Of a stretch of 64,000 bases of DNA, positions 26,410-38,930 are shown piece by piece. The notes under the pieces were generated by a model, which saw nothing but the letters and a program-made list of their open reading frames with translations, searched no databases and was not told where the DNA came from. How positions within the stretch are numbered: position 1 is the first letter of the stretch; each line of letters opens with the position of its first letter. The translations under genes were made by a program, and so were the position numbers. Source of the stretch: Podarcis tiliguerta (taxonomy: Eukaryota); NCBI GenBank assembly GCA_965153285.1, contig OZ229129.1. One strand, written 5' to 3'.

Positions 26410-26603
26410 GTCCTTGGAGAGACTGCCTGCAAGCTTTAGAGGATGGTCATGACACCAGTTCCATATATCTTGTGAAACCTGAAAATACAAACCGATTGAT
26501 GCAGGTCTGGTGTGATCAACGGCAAGATCCTGGTGGCTGGACAGTCATTCAGAGACGTTTGGATGGATCTGTCAACTTTTTCAGGAACTGGGAGACTTAC
26601 AAG
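26410..26603 (+). CDS. ANGPTL2: ANGPTL2 coding exon 2, start of fibrinogen-like domain
   Basis: caacaag|GT CCT TGG AGA GAC TGC encodes GPWRDCLQALEDG...FFRNWETYK, then |GTTAGG; 194 nt with consistent phases. Confidence 0.98.
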
Positions 26604-27968
26604 GTTAGGACAAACAACTGTGAGTTTTTATTCTAAGAAACATTATTTGAATTCATGTTTCAGTCTTTCCAACAATAATTTACCTGAAGTAGTTAGGGCA
26701 CTTGATTACATCCATGACAGAAGGAGGAGTACCTGAACTATTTAAAATGTCGCTGTCAAAGGCAGCAAAACACGGACCATTTCTCCCTGGGCCTCTTAAT
26801 CATTTAGTTTCGGCTGGACTTCGACAATATTCTCCTAGGAATTTGGTATCTGAAGTGTTATCAATAAATAATATGGCGGGGACAACCATGAGAAAGAAAG
26901 GTTTGGTTTTTAAAAAGGATTAGAATGTACAAGGAAACAAGAAAGCACACAATTTGAAGTACTGGCAGTATTTAAGTCAAAAGAGGAGATCTGCAGATAG
27001 GGACTGCAGATGGGTTGATTAAAATCAAAGTGAATAATGGAGTTGAAATGAAGGTGAAGGAGTCTGGTAGCATAACTTAAAGGCACACAATCAAGACCAT
27101 GAAAGATCTGTAGTAGTAAGCTGCTTACTACTTTTTGCATGTGCACCAAGTATTTATGGAAAGGCTAATTTATATGGAAAAGGAAAAAATAAGAAGTTCC
27201 AATCCTATAATTCTATTTGAGCTGGACTGCAGGGAGCAGCAAAAAGGTCCTTTGTGCCTGATAATAGCTTTCCAGAAAAAGTGCAAGGGCAAGCCATCCA
27301 TTGCAGAGCTTGGTTTGAGGCCCAAGACCCTTGAGGGCTCAAACACATAGTTTAATATAAGGATAAGCTCAGAGGCGCAATTCACACCTTATTCTAATGG
27401 TTGGTTCCCTGAGACTTTTTCTGATGTCACTCCAGTAGAGAATAATCAATGTCAGTGTGTGAGTGAGCATCTTGGAGCCCTGTCTTTGGTGCAAATGACA
27501 TGGTTCCTTGCCTCCCAAACTTTATCCCCCTTTCTTGGCAGGACAATGTTTGGGAGGAAAAGAACAACAGTATTGGCCCTACACATTGGGTTCCAAGATA
27601 TACACATCACCAGGCAACCTGGGAATAGGCCATCGAAAATAAGACTCCCATGATATAAAGATGAAGTGTGAAGTGTGCTTAGATTTTCAAGGACCAAAAG
27701 AGGGAGGAATCTTCCTTGACTATTTTTTAACTGACATAGAAAGAAGCAGCAGGGCATGAATTCAAAGAGGTAGGCACGCATCCACAGGAAGCCAGCGAGC
27801 CACTTAGTTTGGAAAATGACCCACAGTTCAGAGCCAGATGGTGATTTTCAGATTGTCAGCCCAGAAACATCACGATCTCACTGAAGCTAAGTACACTGTA
27901 TGAGTGTTACAAAAGATCAATGCCAAGTGCTAATTCATATTTTCTTTTTTATTTTCTTTCTTCTACAG

Positions 27969-28239
27969 CAAGGATTCGGTAATATTGATGGAGAGTACTG
28001 GTTGGGCTTAGAAAATATTTATTGGCTGACAAATCAAGGCAACTACAAATTGTTAATAACCATGGAAGACTGGTCAGGCCGGAAAGTGTTTGCTGAATAT
28101 GCCAGTTTCCGACTTGAGCCAGAAAGTGAATACTACAAGTTGCGACTGGGCCGATACAATGGCAATGCTGGAGACTCTTTCACATGGCACAATGGGAAGC
28201 AATTCACTACACTGGACAGAGACCATGATGTATACACAG
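27969..28239 (+). CDS. ANGPTL2: ANGPTL2 coding exon 3, fibrinogen-like domain
   Basis: ttctacag|CAA GGA TTC encodes QGFGNIDGEYWLGLE...DRDHDVYT, then G|GTACGA; 271 nt. Confidence 0.98.
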
Positions 28240-29273
28240 GTACGAAAAATTAAAATGAGCTATGAACTCTATGTGAAGGCACATAAAAATGTATATGAAA
28301 ACATTTTATTTTTATATATTAAATAAATTGAAAAAATATATTATTCTGGATGTCAGGAACATACCAAATGTACAACTACAGATATAAGTTCTTAACCAAA
28401 TCCTTGTCTGGAGTTCCCAGGCATTCTGCAAGCAGTCCATCTGACATGCTTCTATATTTCTAGAAGTAGCAAAATAGGCAGGAAAGTGGGTGAGACAAAA
28501 CAGCCAAAAGGAACTGTGGGTAGAGCAGGCATGGCAGGAGAGGTAACAGCCTGGAGACCTATCCAGATATTATAATGCCTAAGATGCTCAAGTCAGAGAT
28601 GGGCAGACTTCAGGCTTGAAGGATCTATTTTGTTTTTATTGGAAACCCTCGGGCCCACCAAGCAAACCCTAGTGAGAAAAGACATACACTTAGAATTAAA
28701 GAACTGTGAGCCCAGGAATTTGTTCTGCGTCATTGAAACTGGATGGCAATCACAGTCCTTCCACACAAGAATCCCAAACCTTGGTTGTCCCAAGCTTTCT
28801 TCATTTTAGCAGCATAACTAGGGTGGGGGAGTCATTTCACTTCTCTATTGTTAAACAACTAGGAGTAAGAAAGCTTTGTCAATTACCCAGAGATCTACCA
28901 GCAGATCAAGATCTACCTTCTGTCCACTCCTAATTTAGGCTTCCTAGAAGCTTGCTAAGTAGTTCCAGTAGCCAATCAGGTTGCAACATACCAACAAGCA
29001 AATGGTGGAGCTGATGCACTTGAAACTGTCAAGTGCAGAAAAGCCCAACCAGAGAATACAAGCCACACACCAAGGAGCCCCAGTTTTTGACTTGACTTTG
29101 TCGTGAACCATATTTGTAGTTGCCACCAATCTTGCCTCCTCTGCCAAATTCTCTGCATGTCCTGAGGTTTTGTTCTGGCGAGAGACAGAAGCATCAAGAA
29201 CCTTGCAAATGGAAAAGCACAAAGTTTAACTCATCCATTTGTTCATAGAGTGATATTTTCATTTCTATTACAG

Positions 29274-29473
29274 GTAACTGTGCTCATTACCAGAAAGGGG
29301 GATGGTGGTACAATGCATGTGCACACTCGAATCTCAATGGTGTTTGGTACAGAGGAGGACACTACCGAAGTCGATACCAAGATGGTGTCTATTGGGCTGA
29401 GTTCCGTGGAGGCTCATACTCACTGAAGAAGGTTATCATGATGATCAGACCTAATCCCAACACATTCCACTGA
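29274..29473 (+). CDS. ANGPTL2: ANGPTL2 last coding exon (not in the ORF track)
   Basis: attacag|GT AAC TGT encodes [26 protein letters not shown]...[11 protein letters not shown] with TGA at 29471-29473. Total CDS is 799+194+271+200=1464 nt, or 487 aa. Confidence 0.98.
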
Positions 29474-30619
29474 AAGGAACTTCACAAGCCTTTTATATAA
29501 CAGTTGCGTGTGCTATCCAGAACACATCTTTGCACCAGCAAAGAATGTAATATATTGTACATGGACCGCTATTAATCAGAGGACTTGTATATTGTATTTT
29601 CCAAGAATCGTTCCAGAACCAAAATAACAAGATTTTAAGAATGTCACCACAAAATGATTTTTTCCTTTTTTCTTAAGAGGTTTTTTTTTTAAAGAGTTAT
29701 CAGGTAAAACGGACTGTAGATAAGCTGAGATGCTAAAAATACTGCCACATCATCTGAATATTTTTGTATGTTTTATATATTCTCAAATACTGGACATATT
29801 AAAAACTGTACAGCAAGACTTTTAAAAATAATAAGTTCATTTGACACAGGAAATAATATCCTTTGAAACTATGTAGCCAGTACAGGTATATTAGATTGTT
29901 CCTAATTTAAACTTCTTTAGATATTGAGAGAGCGTAGTGTCTGCTTTGAAGTGTCCACACTGTGCCCAGCACAAATAGAATCCCCTATTTTTCTTGGGTC
30001 TCAAAGCACTCTTAGAATTTAACAATGAATCATTTTGTACAGGACAAACAGTCCTGAATCATTTTGTACATGACAAACAGATCTGACAAACAGTCCAGGT
30101 TGTTATATTCACTATTAATGCACTAGGCATTATCCATAACTGACCACACAGCTATATTTCTCATAAACAAAACAGTTTCAGCATTTTTCGGTTAAACATC
30201 TGGTCATTTTAGAAGCATCTTAGATGTTACTTGTTCACTGTATACTTTTGTAACCAACACTAATACCTTTGCACCTAAATGATAGCTTATTGGTTTCAAG
30301 TTATTTTGTACCATTAGAGTCATTACCTGCTCTGTAGTCATTGCAACAACAAAAAGAACTATCCAATTTTGCAGGCAAATGATGGATATAGATATAGAAC
30401 TTATTTAAATGCCCTTGGACATGAGATTGTGACCTTTGAGAGAGAATATGTGAAACTTAAAACTGTATTTGCCATATTTCACTATTATTGCCAAGTATAC
30501 ATACTGAAAGGTGATTATGCAATTATATTTATAAAAAAAGTCCATGGCAGAAACTTGAATTCAAGTATTCTGCTGAGGTAAGTTTCCAGAATAGATTATT
30601 TTATCACATGTTGCATTAT

Positions 30620-30752
30620 AACATCCTTCCCAAACCTGGTGCCTTCCAGATGTTTTGGACCACAATTCCCATCACTCCTAACCATTGGCCATGCTAGCTG
30701 GAGCTGAGAGCTAGACTCAGAACATCTGAAGGGCACCAGTTGAATAAGGCTG
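30620..30752. mobile_element. Palindromic hAT MITE within the ANGPTL2 3' UTR
   Basis: Inverted arms ctggtgccttccagatgttttg and cagaacatctgaagggcaccag. Confidence 0.75.
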
Positions 30753-30926
30753 CGTTATAGGAACAGTGAAAATCATACATTTAAAAACTCCTATTACCTC
30801 ATTATTTCTTTCCTAACATACAATGTGTGTCAAAAGTTTGGAGTGTGATGTAGCATGTCTTGTATATAAATCAAAGTAGGGATTTTAATATATTATCTGA
30901 TTATCCTTGTAATGATGCAAATGTGT

Positions 30927-30932
30927 AATAAA
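30927..30932 (+). terminator. Probable ANGPTL2 polyadenylation signal
   Basis: AATAAA about 1.45 kb after the stop, preceded by TGTA motifs. Confidence 0.6.
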
Positions 30933-31102
30933 AGCAGCAAATGCTATTTTGATGTACCTAGATTTCATTCTTATACTATCATTATTTATTTACGAAACAC
31001 CTTAGAAACAGGCTGATCAAATGTGGTTTCTTGAAGGATCTGAATATAACAAACAGAGAACAAGAGTTGAATGGCAGATGATCTGACGTTCCCGTAATTG
31101 TA

Positions 31103-31132
31103 ATAAATAATAATAATAATAATAATAATAAT
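31103..31132. repeat. (AAT)n microsatellite
   Basis: Direct reading. Confidence 0.95.
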
Positions 31133-31824
31133 GTGTTTGTGGGAGGAAGGCTATTGGTTGCTTTTTGTTTTGTTTTTGTTATGTATTTTGTGTTCGCATT
31201 TTGTATTTTTATGCTTTGGATGAAGCGCAGTATACAAACAACAACTGGGAGTTGCAAAGCAGAAGGGACAAAGGTAAAAAAGAGGGATGGTAATAATAGG
31301 TTTAGCACTGGTATCTCTGTGTATTCTGAGGAGTAGCATTTAGAAACAGAAAATGTTACTGATATAGATGAAGATGGCCATGGAGAAATTTGAAAGGGTG
31401 AAAAACAAGTGAATAAACAGAAAGCTAATGAAGAGAATGGCACACGGGAGTCAATTGATCTGAACAACGAGTAGAAAATATCAAACAACTGATAGCAGTA
31501 GAGAGACTTAAAGAGCAGAAGCAAGAAAGCCTGCAAAGAAGCAAACATTTTGGTAGAATCTGTAGAAAGTTAATAGTGAATACTGGATACATTAATCAAC
31601 TAAAATGACAAAACTTGGTAAGATCCGAAACACAGAAAGAAAACAAACCAGAAAGTATTTCAAGATTCTAAAAGGGTACAACAAACAGCAACATCATTAT
31701 GGCAGAAGAGTGCATGAAATAATGATTGACAGTAGAAAAGTGGAACAAAATGTTGGATGGAGTCAAGAGTGAGTGACAGATAGTGTGTCTGTTGGAAATG
31801 TTAGTGAATATTAGAATGGTGAGG

Positions 31825-31941
31825 AGAAGAAGAAGAAGAAGAGTTTGGATTTGATATCCCGCCTTTCACTCCCCTTCAGGAGTCTCAAAGCGGCTAACAA
31901 TCTCCTTTCCCTTCCTCCCCCACAACAAACACTCTGTGAGG
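31825..31941 (-). mobile_element. MIR/Ther1-derived squamate SINE (Squam3-like), 3' fragment
   Basis: (GAA)n tail followed by gagtttggatttgatatcccgc...ggagtctcaaagcggctaaca...cacaacaaacactctgtgagg; gtgagga occurs at both ends. Confidence 0.8.
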
Positions 31942-33444
31942 AAGAATGAGATGAGAGCAATACAGCATATGTAAAAGACTGAGAATAGCTGTTGGGTCAG
32001 GAAATTAAAATCCTAAAAAATCTCTATATAAAAAGAGTATTTGTTCAGGGTGTTATGCTCCTTAAATGTGTGTTCATGTTTTTAACTGTCTATATTCTGG
32101 TCTGGATGGATTCTACGGATAATATAGCTTATCCCACGTGTCTAGTTTTGTGTAAATGTACTTGAGTAAGATTATAAAGGGAGAATCCTGCTGCTCTCTT
32201 CAAGTCAGTAGGTGGCAAGAGATGGGATTTTAAGGGAAGTCTGGGCTCAATGAAGTAGCTAAGGAACTGACCTGATGACTTCCAAGGGACATAGGCCTTG
32301 TAGGAACCTGGGGAGCATTACAGCAGTCAAGAACAAGATAAAGTTATTAATTAATTAATTAAATTTATATAACTCCCTTCATCCAAGGTTCACAGCGAAA
32401 TTTACAGTATAAAGTTATATTGAAAGTGCTAGAGTTAAGTTTGTGTGTGTCCATCAGTAACTGAATATAGCACAAGGATGAGCAGAAGAAGATGTGAAAG
32501 GGAGAACAGACATACCTTGGCATTATTTTGGTAGAAGTGCCAAAACAAAACAAGATACCTACAAATACCAATTCTTTCTAGTGTTCTTCATGCTGCTCAT
32601 GATCTTTTTCATCTCCCCAATATCTGCAGTGCTTGTGGGAATAAGCACACCCAAACAAAAATATGCAAACACAAAGGGATTCAGACTCATCTACACCAGT
32701 TTTTATCCATACATAGAATATACACTGCAAAACATACTACAGGTATAGGCACAATATATGTGCATAGCAGAGAATTAATTGTATAGTATTATATAATCAG
32801 TTTGAACACAGCAGAAGCACTAAAATTCTTCTGAAGATTAAACCCATAGGCACATGTGAAACTATAGGCAACAAAGCATTCTGGGAACATCACAATTAGA
32901 GGCAATACCTTGTAGGGCACGTGTATTTAATGGAATATTTTACCACTGCATTTTATTGGAGGGTGTTGGACAACAAGCTCTAATTGTCCATTAGTTTGGG
33001 GCATATTGTCCTTCTGCGGTTTGAATCAAGTTCGCCTCCTCCTAACATCTCTGAGTCCCTTGTTATATGCTTGTTATCTACTACTCAAGGCAAAGAAAAA
33101 TCTGCCCCAGCTGCTGAAAGAATCAGAGCAACTGCTACTGAATCCTGTCTTGTGGAAAGAGGCTTGAGCCAACAGGCAGCTTTCTGAAATCCCCTTTCTT
33201 TTTGTCCCCCCCCCCTTTAAAACCATATAATCTTGACTTGCCCCTTCCCTTATATTAGCCAAAGTCCAGTTTTTCACCTCTGCTCCAAGTGCAACTTCTT
33301 TTAATGAGAAAATATTTGGGTTGTAAGGGGTTGTCTTCATTTAATTGATTACAAATGTGTAAGCTGAACCATGACACAAAGAAACATGAACAGCTTAAGA
33401 ACAGCACAACATGCAATGAGCAATTAAAAGAGCAATTAAAAGAC

Positions 33445-33760
33445 AGGGAAGCTAATAATTGGATATGACAGACAATAAACGTTAGAAGGAAAGGTCGCAA
33501 AGTTGAAATGTACATACGCAGGGCTTCTGGCAAGAGACAACTCGGGTCGGTGGAATAAAGCAGTGCTAGTGTCGAGCCCCTACAATTTTAAAAGACTAAA
33601 GGGACAATCACCTATGTGGTGGGTAGATGACCTAGAAGTAACAGTAGGGTTTATGATGTGGATGCACCAAACAAACAACAGAGAATGCTGGAAAGAACTT
33701 GAAGTGGCATATATGCAAAGATGGATGTGAGACGCTGTAAAATAAAATAAAAGAAGAAGC
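33445..33760 (+). mobile_element. RTE-clade LINE 3' fragment (not Bov-B)
   Basis: Encodes VAKLKCTYAGLLARDNSGRWNKAVL...GQSPMWWVDDL...NRECWKELEVAYMQRWM*, a typical RTE ORF C-terminus, followed by a short A-rich tail. Confidence 0.7.
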
Positions 33761-33821
33761 TGTCTGCGAGAGGTGGTTGCAGCTCCATTATATTATTGGT
33801 GAAAAGGATGGGGACCAGGTG

Positions 33822-35718
33822 TGTTGCAGATATCAGTACGACATTACAGATTTTTATGTATTAAGCTTGGATACTAGAACAATAGGCAGGTAGGATCCTA
33901 GAATGCAACAACTGATTGGCTTGCAGGAAAAGACCAATCAGGCTCCAGGAGGAAGTTAATCAGCCTATTAGGCTGGTAGGATCGTAGAATACAACAACTG
34001 ATTAGCCTGCAGGAGCAGACCTGTCAGGCTCCAGGAGGGAAGCAGAATCTGCCAATCAGACAGGACTCATTGTGTAAATAATGTATATAAAAGCCTGAGG
34101 TTTGCGGGGAAATTCAATCGCTGTTTTACAAGCTGCAATAAAGAGCATGAAATCACTGCAGGACTCCAAGTATATTTCACCAGCGACGAAGGTGAGATCC
34201 TGCTGAGCTGTCTGCCGTGCACTGCACACACAATCGCACCGCGCATCCAGGCTACAGCTCTGGGACCCAAGGACCCAGAATGGCAACAGACAACAGCTTC
34301 ATGCCGTTCGGCCCAGCCTCAGGAGACTGGGATTGATATGCCACCTGCTTCCAGTTCCTCCTGGAGGCAAAGGACGTCACTGATGCAGCCAAGAAGATGG
34401 CGACCTTCTTCAGCGTCTGTAGAGAAGAAACATTTGAGATTGCCTGAGCCCTCCTCACTCCCACAAATATCGCTACCGTTCCCTACAACATGATAATGGA
34501 ACGGCTGAAGGGGCACTTCTTGCCACAGCCCTTGGTGGGAGCATGTCGCAAGGCCTTCTACACAAAGTGGCAGGCCCCTGGAGAAACCATAACCAGGTAT
34601 GTGACCTCCCTCCACCAGGCTGCCTGGCTCTGCAACTTCACAGAGCTGGAGAACATGCTCCGCGACCGCCTCGTGAGCACCCTGAGGGATTAGAAGCTGC
34701 AGTGGCGCCTCTATGCTAAGAAGGACCTGAAGTTCCAGGTCGGCCTACAGGAGGCTCTAGCAACTGAAGCCGTTGAGAGGTCAGTGCAAGGATTCCAGTC
34801 AAATGCGTCGTCCCAACCAAGGGTCCACCAACAACTCAGAATCCAACCGGGAGGACATGCACCGAGTGCAGCAGTGCACACAAACTGCACGCCCACCACG
34901 ACAGCCTTGCCCAGAAGAGGGGAACTGTGCAAGCTGTGAGGACAGCCAAGAGCGGAGGACTTGCCATTTCCACAACACAGAATGCCGACAATGCAGAAAA
35001 GTGGGACACATTGCCTGGGTGTGCTGCGCCCGCCCTGCCCGACGCCTTGCATCAGATGGCTGACCCAAGAGTCCCAGGCCCTATAGTTCAACACACCAAG
35101 GCAACTCAACGGAGATCACAGACTGTCAGGTATACCAGTTGCCTCATTCTAATGCAGAAAAAAATTACATTGAGGTACACATAGAGGGAGTCCCATGCCT
35201 CATGGAGCTTGATACAGGCTCAACCCTGTCCATAATCTTGGCACGGACATTAAGGAAATTGTGTCCCAGTGGCGGCCCCAACCTTAGGCGAGCCCCATTA
35301 ACCCTCCAGGACTTCCAAAAACACAAGGTCCCCTCCCCACAACAGGGGTGGGAACCTTCAATGTACAATATCGAGGGTGGAAGCGGCAATTAGACTTGAT
35401 TGTGGTCAAGGGGCCCTACATTAGCTTACTGGGGTTGGCGTGGTTTGGGCCACTGGGGCTAGCCATCACTGGGGTGAACCACACCAGCTCCCACGTGGAC
35501 GTGGACACCATCTGCAAAGAGTTTCCGGAGGTTTTCGACGGGGCATTGGGATGATATACTGCCCCCCCATTGGCCTACAACTAGACCCCGCCGTACTACT
35601 CATCAGGTTCAAGGCCTGCCACACCCGCCAAGCCCAAAGGCTTGGTCCGCATCTGTGCAGACTACAAATGTACCATAAACAAGGCCTTTACGGCTCATGC
35701 GTAGCCGGTGCCAGTCAC
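33822..35718 (+). mobile_element. Degenerate, 3'-truncated Ty3/Gypsy (Mag-like) LTR retrotransposon
   Basis: 5' LTR about 33822-34179 (TG...CA, tatataaaa, aataaa) and PBS-like cagcgacga. Gag starts at ATG 34280 with in-frame stops (CNFTELENMLRDRLV) and has the CCHC knuckle CRQCRKVGHIAWVC. Protease motif LDTGS; RT start VRICADYKCTINK. No 3' LTR. Confidence 0.9.
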
Positions 35719-38639
35719 AGACACGGAAAGTTATGGGGTCATTCACCATGAGGAGCAGATCAGGTAAGAGTAGCAGAGGTTCATGCTGAAGGGGTTCTGC
35801 CCTGCCAAAAGAAGAATCAGTAATGATGTGATGTAATGCACAAACGTGGAATAATTAGAATGGGCAGGTTTTATGGGAAAAGCTTGGTAAGCCCAAGAAT
35901 TCTTCCCAAGAAAAAAAAGGATGCTGAGGGACACCCCAAAAGCTTTGCCAAACACTCCCGCACTCCTTCCCTCAAAAAGAAATATGAGGTATCCTGAAGT
36001 GTGTGATCAGAAGCACAATTATGAATAACTACAATTATTTCACATCACTGTTGCCTGGGAAGGATATGGGTTAAGAGGCTTTGCCAAAGATACAGCAGTG
36101 TACAATAACATATCACCTTTTACATTCAGAAGATCCCAAACAACAGAAACAAAAGAAGCTCTGTCTCCTTCATTCAGGCAGATAGAGCAATGTATATCTA
36201 CAAGTAACATATGCCAATATGAAAGAAGAGCCTTTTAAATTTGAATCTGGGCGAACCCCTTGGAAGCTTTCTATATTTGCAGGAAAACACTGCCAAAATT
36301 TTATTTTTTGCTCAGTCAAAAGATTCCTGTTTTTAGAATAAAAAGTGGACTTGAACATATGGGTAATGTATGCAATATATATTTATATGCATATACATAT
36401 GCTTTCTAAAAGTTAAAAAAGCCAGTTTTTAAATTTGAATTTAGTATGGCTTGCAATGAAATCAATTACAAAAGCCCACTACCTTCCTTAGTAACAACAG
36501 AAGGAAAATATGCAAAACTCTTGCATATGAGGGGGCAGCAACAAAATATTAACCAAACAGGAATTTTGACTGGCAGAATTACCTTTTGCCACATTTTATA
36601 ATCCCAATATCTAAAATTCATATGCTGTACATATGTATGAAGTCAAGGTTATCCATGTATTCTGATGGTAAGTATGAGCCAACTCTTACATTCATCTCTC
36701 ATCTATCTTAACTGTATACAGTATAATAACCTAGAAATGACCTATGATAAGGGCAAGCAAGATAGTATCCACTGGCAATATATAATTGAGGTGGCTGGCC
36801 AAAAGAATGAAAACTTATGGGTCTTGGAAAAGGTTCTGGAATCTTTATAAGAAAGTTCTCAAAAGCTGCTGTTTCCTCAAACCACAAAATTGTGCTGCGT
36901 TCAACTAAAAATGAACCTCATAACCCTGAATATGAATCTAGTGTTTCCCCTCCCTTCCTTTCTCCTTCCAGCTATAAAAATTACAGGCAGAGAATACCCT
37001 AGAAATATGCACAGTTCCTTTGATGTTAATACTACTTCATTAATTCCAGCCCTGTTATTTTTCCATTGCATGCCACCCCAGCTGCAGCAACTACCCAGTT
37101 GCACTTCACTCTCTTGGCAGGCCTTTATAAGATGTGTGTTTTCAAATGTTGAATGAGACGATGCAAAAAGCAAGGTTGTTACACAGCATTAAAAACCACA
37201 TTTTAAGGGTTGTGAAATATGCTAAGTTTTCTGCATACCACACACATCCTTATTTCTTGAGGTTATGACAGCTAATTGAGTTCACTGAAGCAGAGAAACA
37301 AAACAAAATGCACTATTTGCTTTATTGGTACTATGGCAAATACCCATAAGGATAAGAATGAGATCACTAGATCCTGGATATTATTTTTTTTAAATCAGAA
37401 ACTAGCATGTAATACTAACAAAGCAAAAAAGGAAAAACCACAGCAGGAAAAACCATGGAGACTAGGAATTATAAGCAAAAGGGTAACTGGGTACTTAAGC
37501 AAGAACGCAAACGTAAACTGGAAATATGATATGTAGCATTACATATAGCCAAGATATAGGGGTAGGAAAAGCACAGCAGAATATGGTTAAAGGAACAGGG
37601 CATTGGCAGGTCTTCTGAATCAAGTAACAGTGGAAAGAGAAATGCTTCTTGTCAAGGAGCACAGCCCTCTTTCCCACTACCCTTCCAATGTCCTTATAAA
37701 GGAGTGGATAGTATAGGATAACCGCCATTCTTTATAGACTTTGCTCATAATTCCTTTTGACGCTTAACATATCCCTTTACCATGAAGACTGACTCATATG
37801 AAATTTAAAAACTTTGAGGTTACAAATTAAGCATAATAGTCCCTTGGTATCATCAGTGGAGAAGGAGACTCTGAAAAGAAATATGCAAAACTGACTAATA
37901 AGCAGTATGGGCACATGCTTCCTAGCAATCTCCTGCCCCTGTACAGTCAACTATTTTCTGAGATAAAAGGAAGAGTGAAAGGGGGGGGGAGCATCTTCCT
38001 GCTCACATATTTGATCCACACTTGTCACTGCACTCCAACAATCCCTTGCAACGTGACAAATTGCACAGAACACTTGCAACTGATGAAAGCAATGCCCTCC
38101 TAACAAAAAATCACCCTTAACTCACCATTACAAAAGTGAGGATTATCAAAGTATTTGGGGTTTTTAAAAATGCAGAGAGAGAAGTCATAAAGTAAACACA
38201 GAAACATATCTATATATGTATATAATATATATAATGGGGATGAATCCAAAGCATGCACAGAACAGCAAAAGCAAAGGATCTTGTCAGGAACTCTTCCCTG
38301 ACAGATCTTTTCCCTACATTCAAATAGTAGTATTTGATGAGGTCTATGCAAACATGGGAGTCTATGTTGATTTTAGACTGAGCTTCTTTAAACACTTAAG
38401 TGAGGTAGAGCTTTGCAAGGAAATATCCGCAACAACCGTTACTACTTTTGATCCAATGTACCAGTATCTACCTCCCACCCTGCCAGTATTTTTCTTTTTT
38501 ATTGTGGCATTCATTGGTAATCATAGTGGCATCCTATGCAGGAGTCTAACACTCCTGAATAAATATATTCTTCCGCAACATTAAGACATTCATAAGGTTT
38601 GTTTCCAGGTAATTCTATAATTTGGATGCTGTATTAGTA

Positions 38640-38930
38640 TGTATTTTTTTTCCTGCTTTTGTCTGAAGAGCTCTCAAAGTAGCTTCCAAACAATTTAAAA
38701 CAAAAGAAAATGATAAATCAGTAGAAAAACATAGTAAGAACAGCAAAGCAGCAGTAATTAAAACAGAAAATTTAAAAAGCAGAAGGCTTAAATAAAATAC
38801 CTGGTTAGTTACAAAACAACTAAAAGCATATGAAGCTTGGCACCAAACAAGCCTCCCCGAGGAAGGTATTTCAGGGTCAATATATCACAACTGAAAGGAG
38901 CCCAGCCCAATTTGACAATGCCAGCATCTC
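38640..38930 (-). mobile_element. L2 LINE 3' remnant
   Basis: gagctctcaaagtagctt...aggtatttcagggtc...acaactgaaagg resembles the recalled antisense lizard L2 3' end. Confidence 0.45.

Larger units (their letters stand above)
29474..30950 (+). other. ANGPTL2: ANGPTL2 3' UTR (3' end approximate)
   Basis: AT-rich sequence after the stop codon, ending at AATAAA 30927-30932 with T-rich sequence downstream. Confidence 0.65.

Noticed and set aside
30982-31548. 188-aa - strand ORF
   Set aside because: F/L/S-rich product of a pyrimidine-rich strand that runs through an (AAT)n microsatellite.
34280-35718. Domesticated gag-derived gene
   Set aside because: Several in-frame stops, frameshifts and a deletion in RT indicate a decayed retrotransposon.
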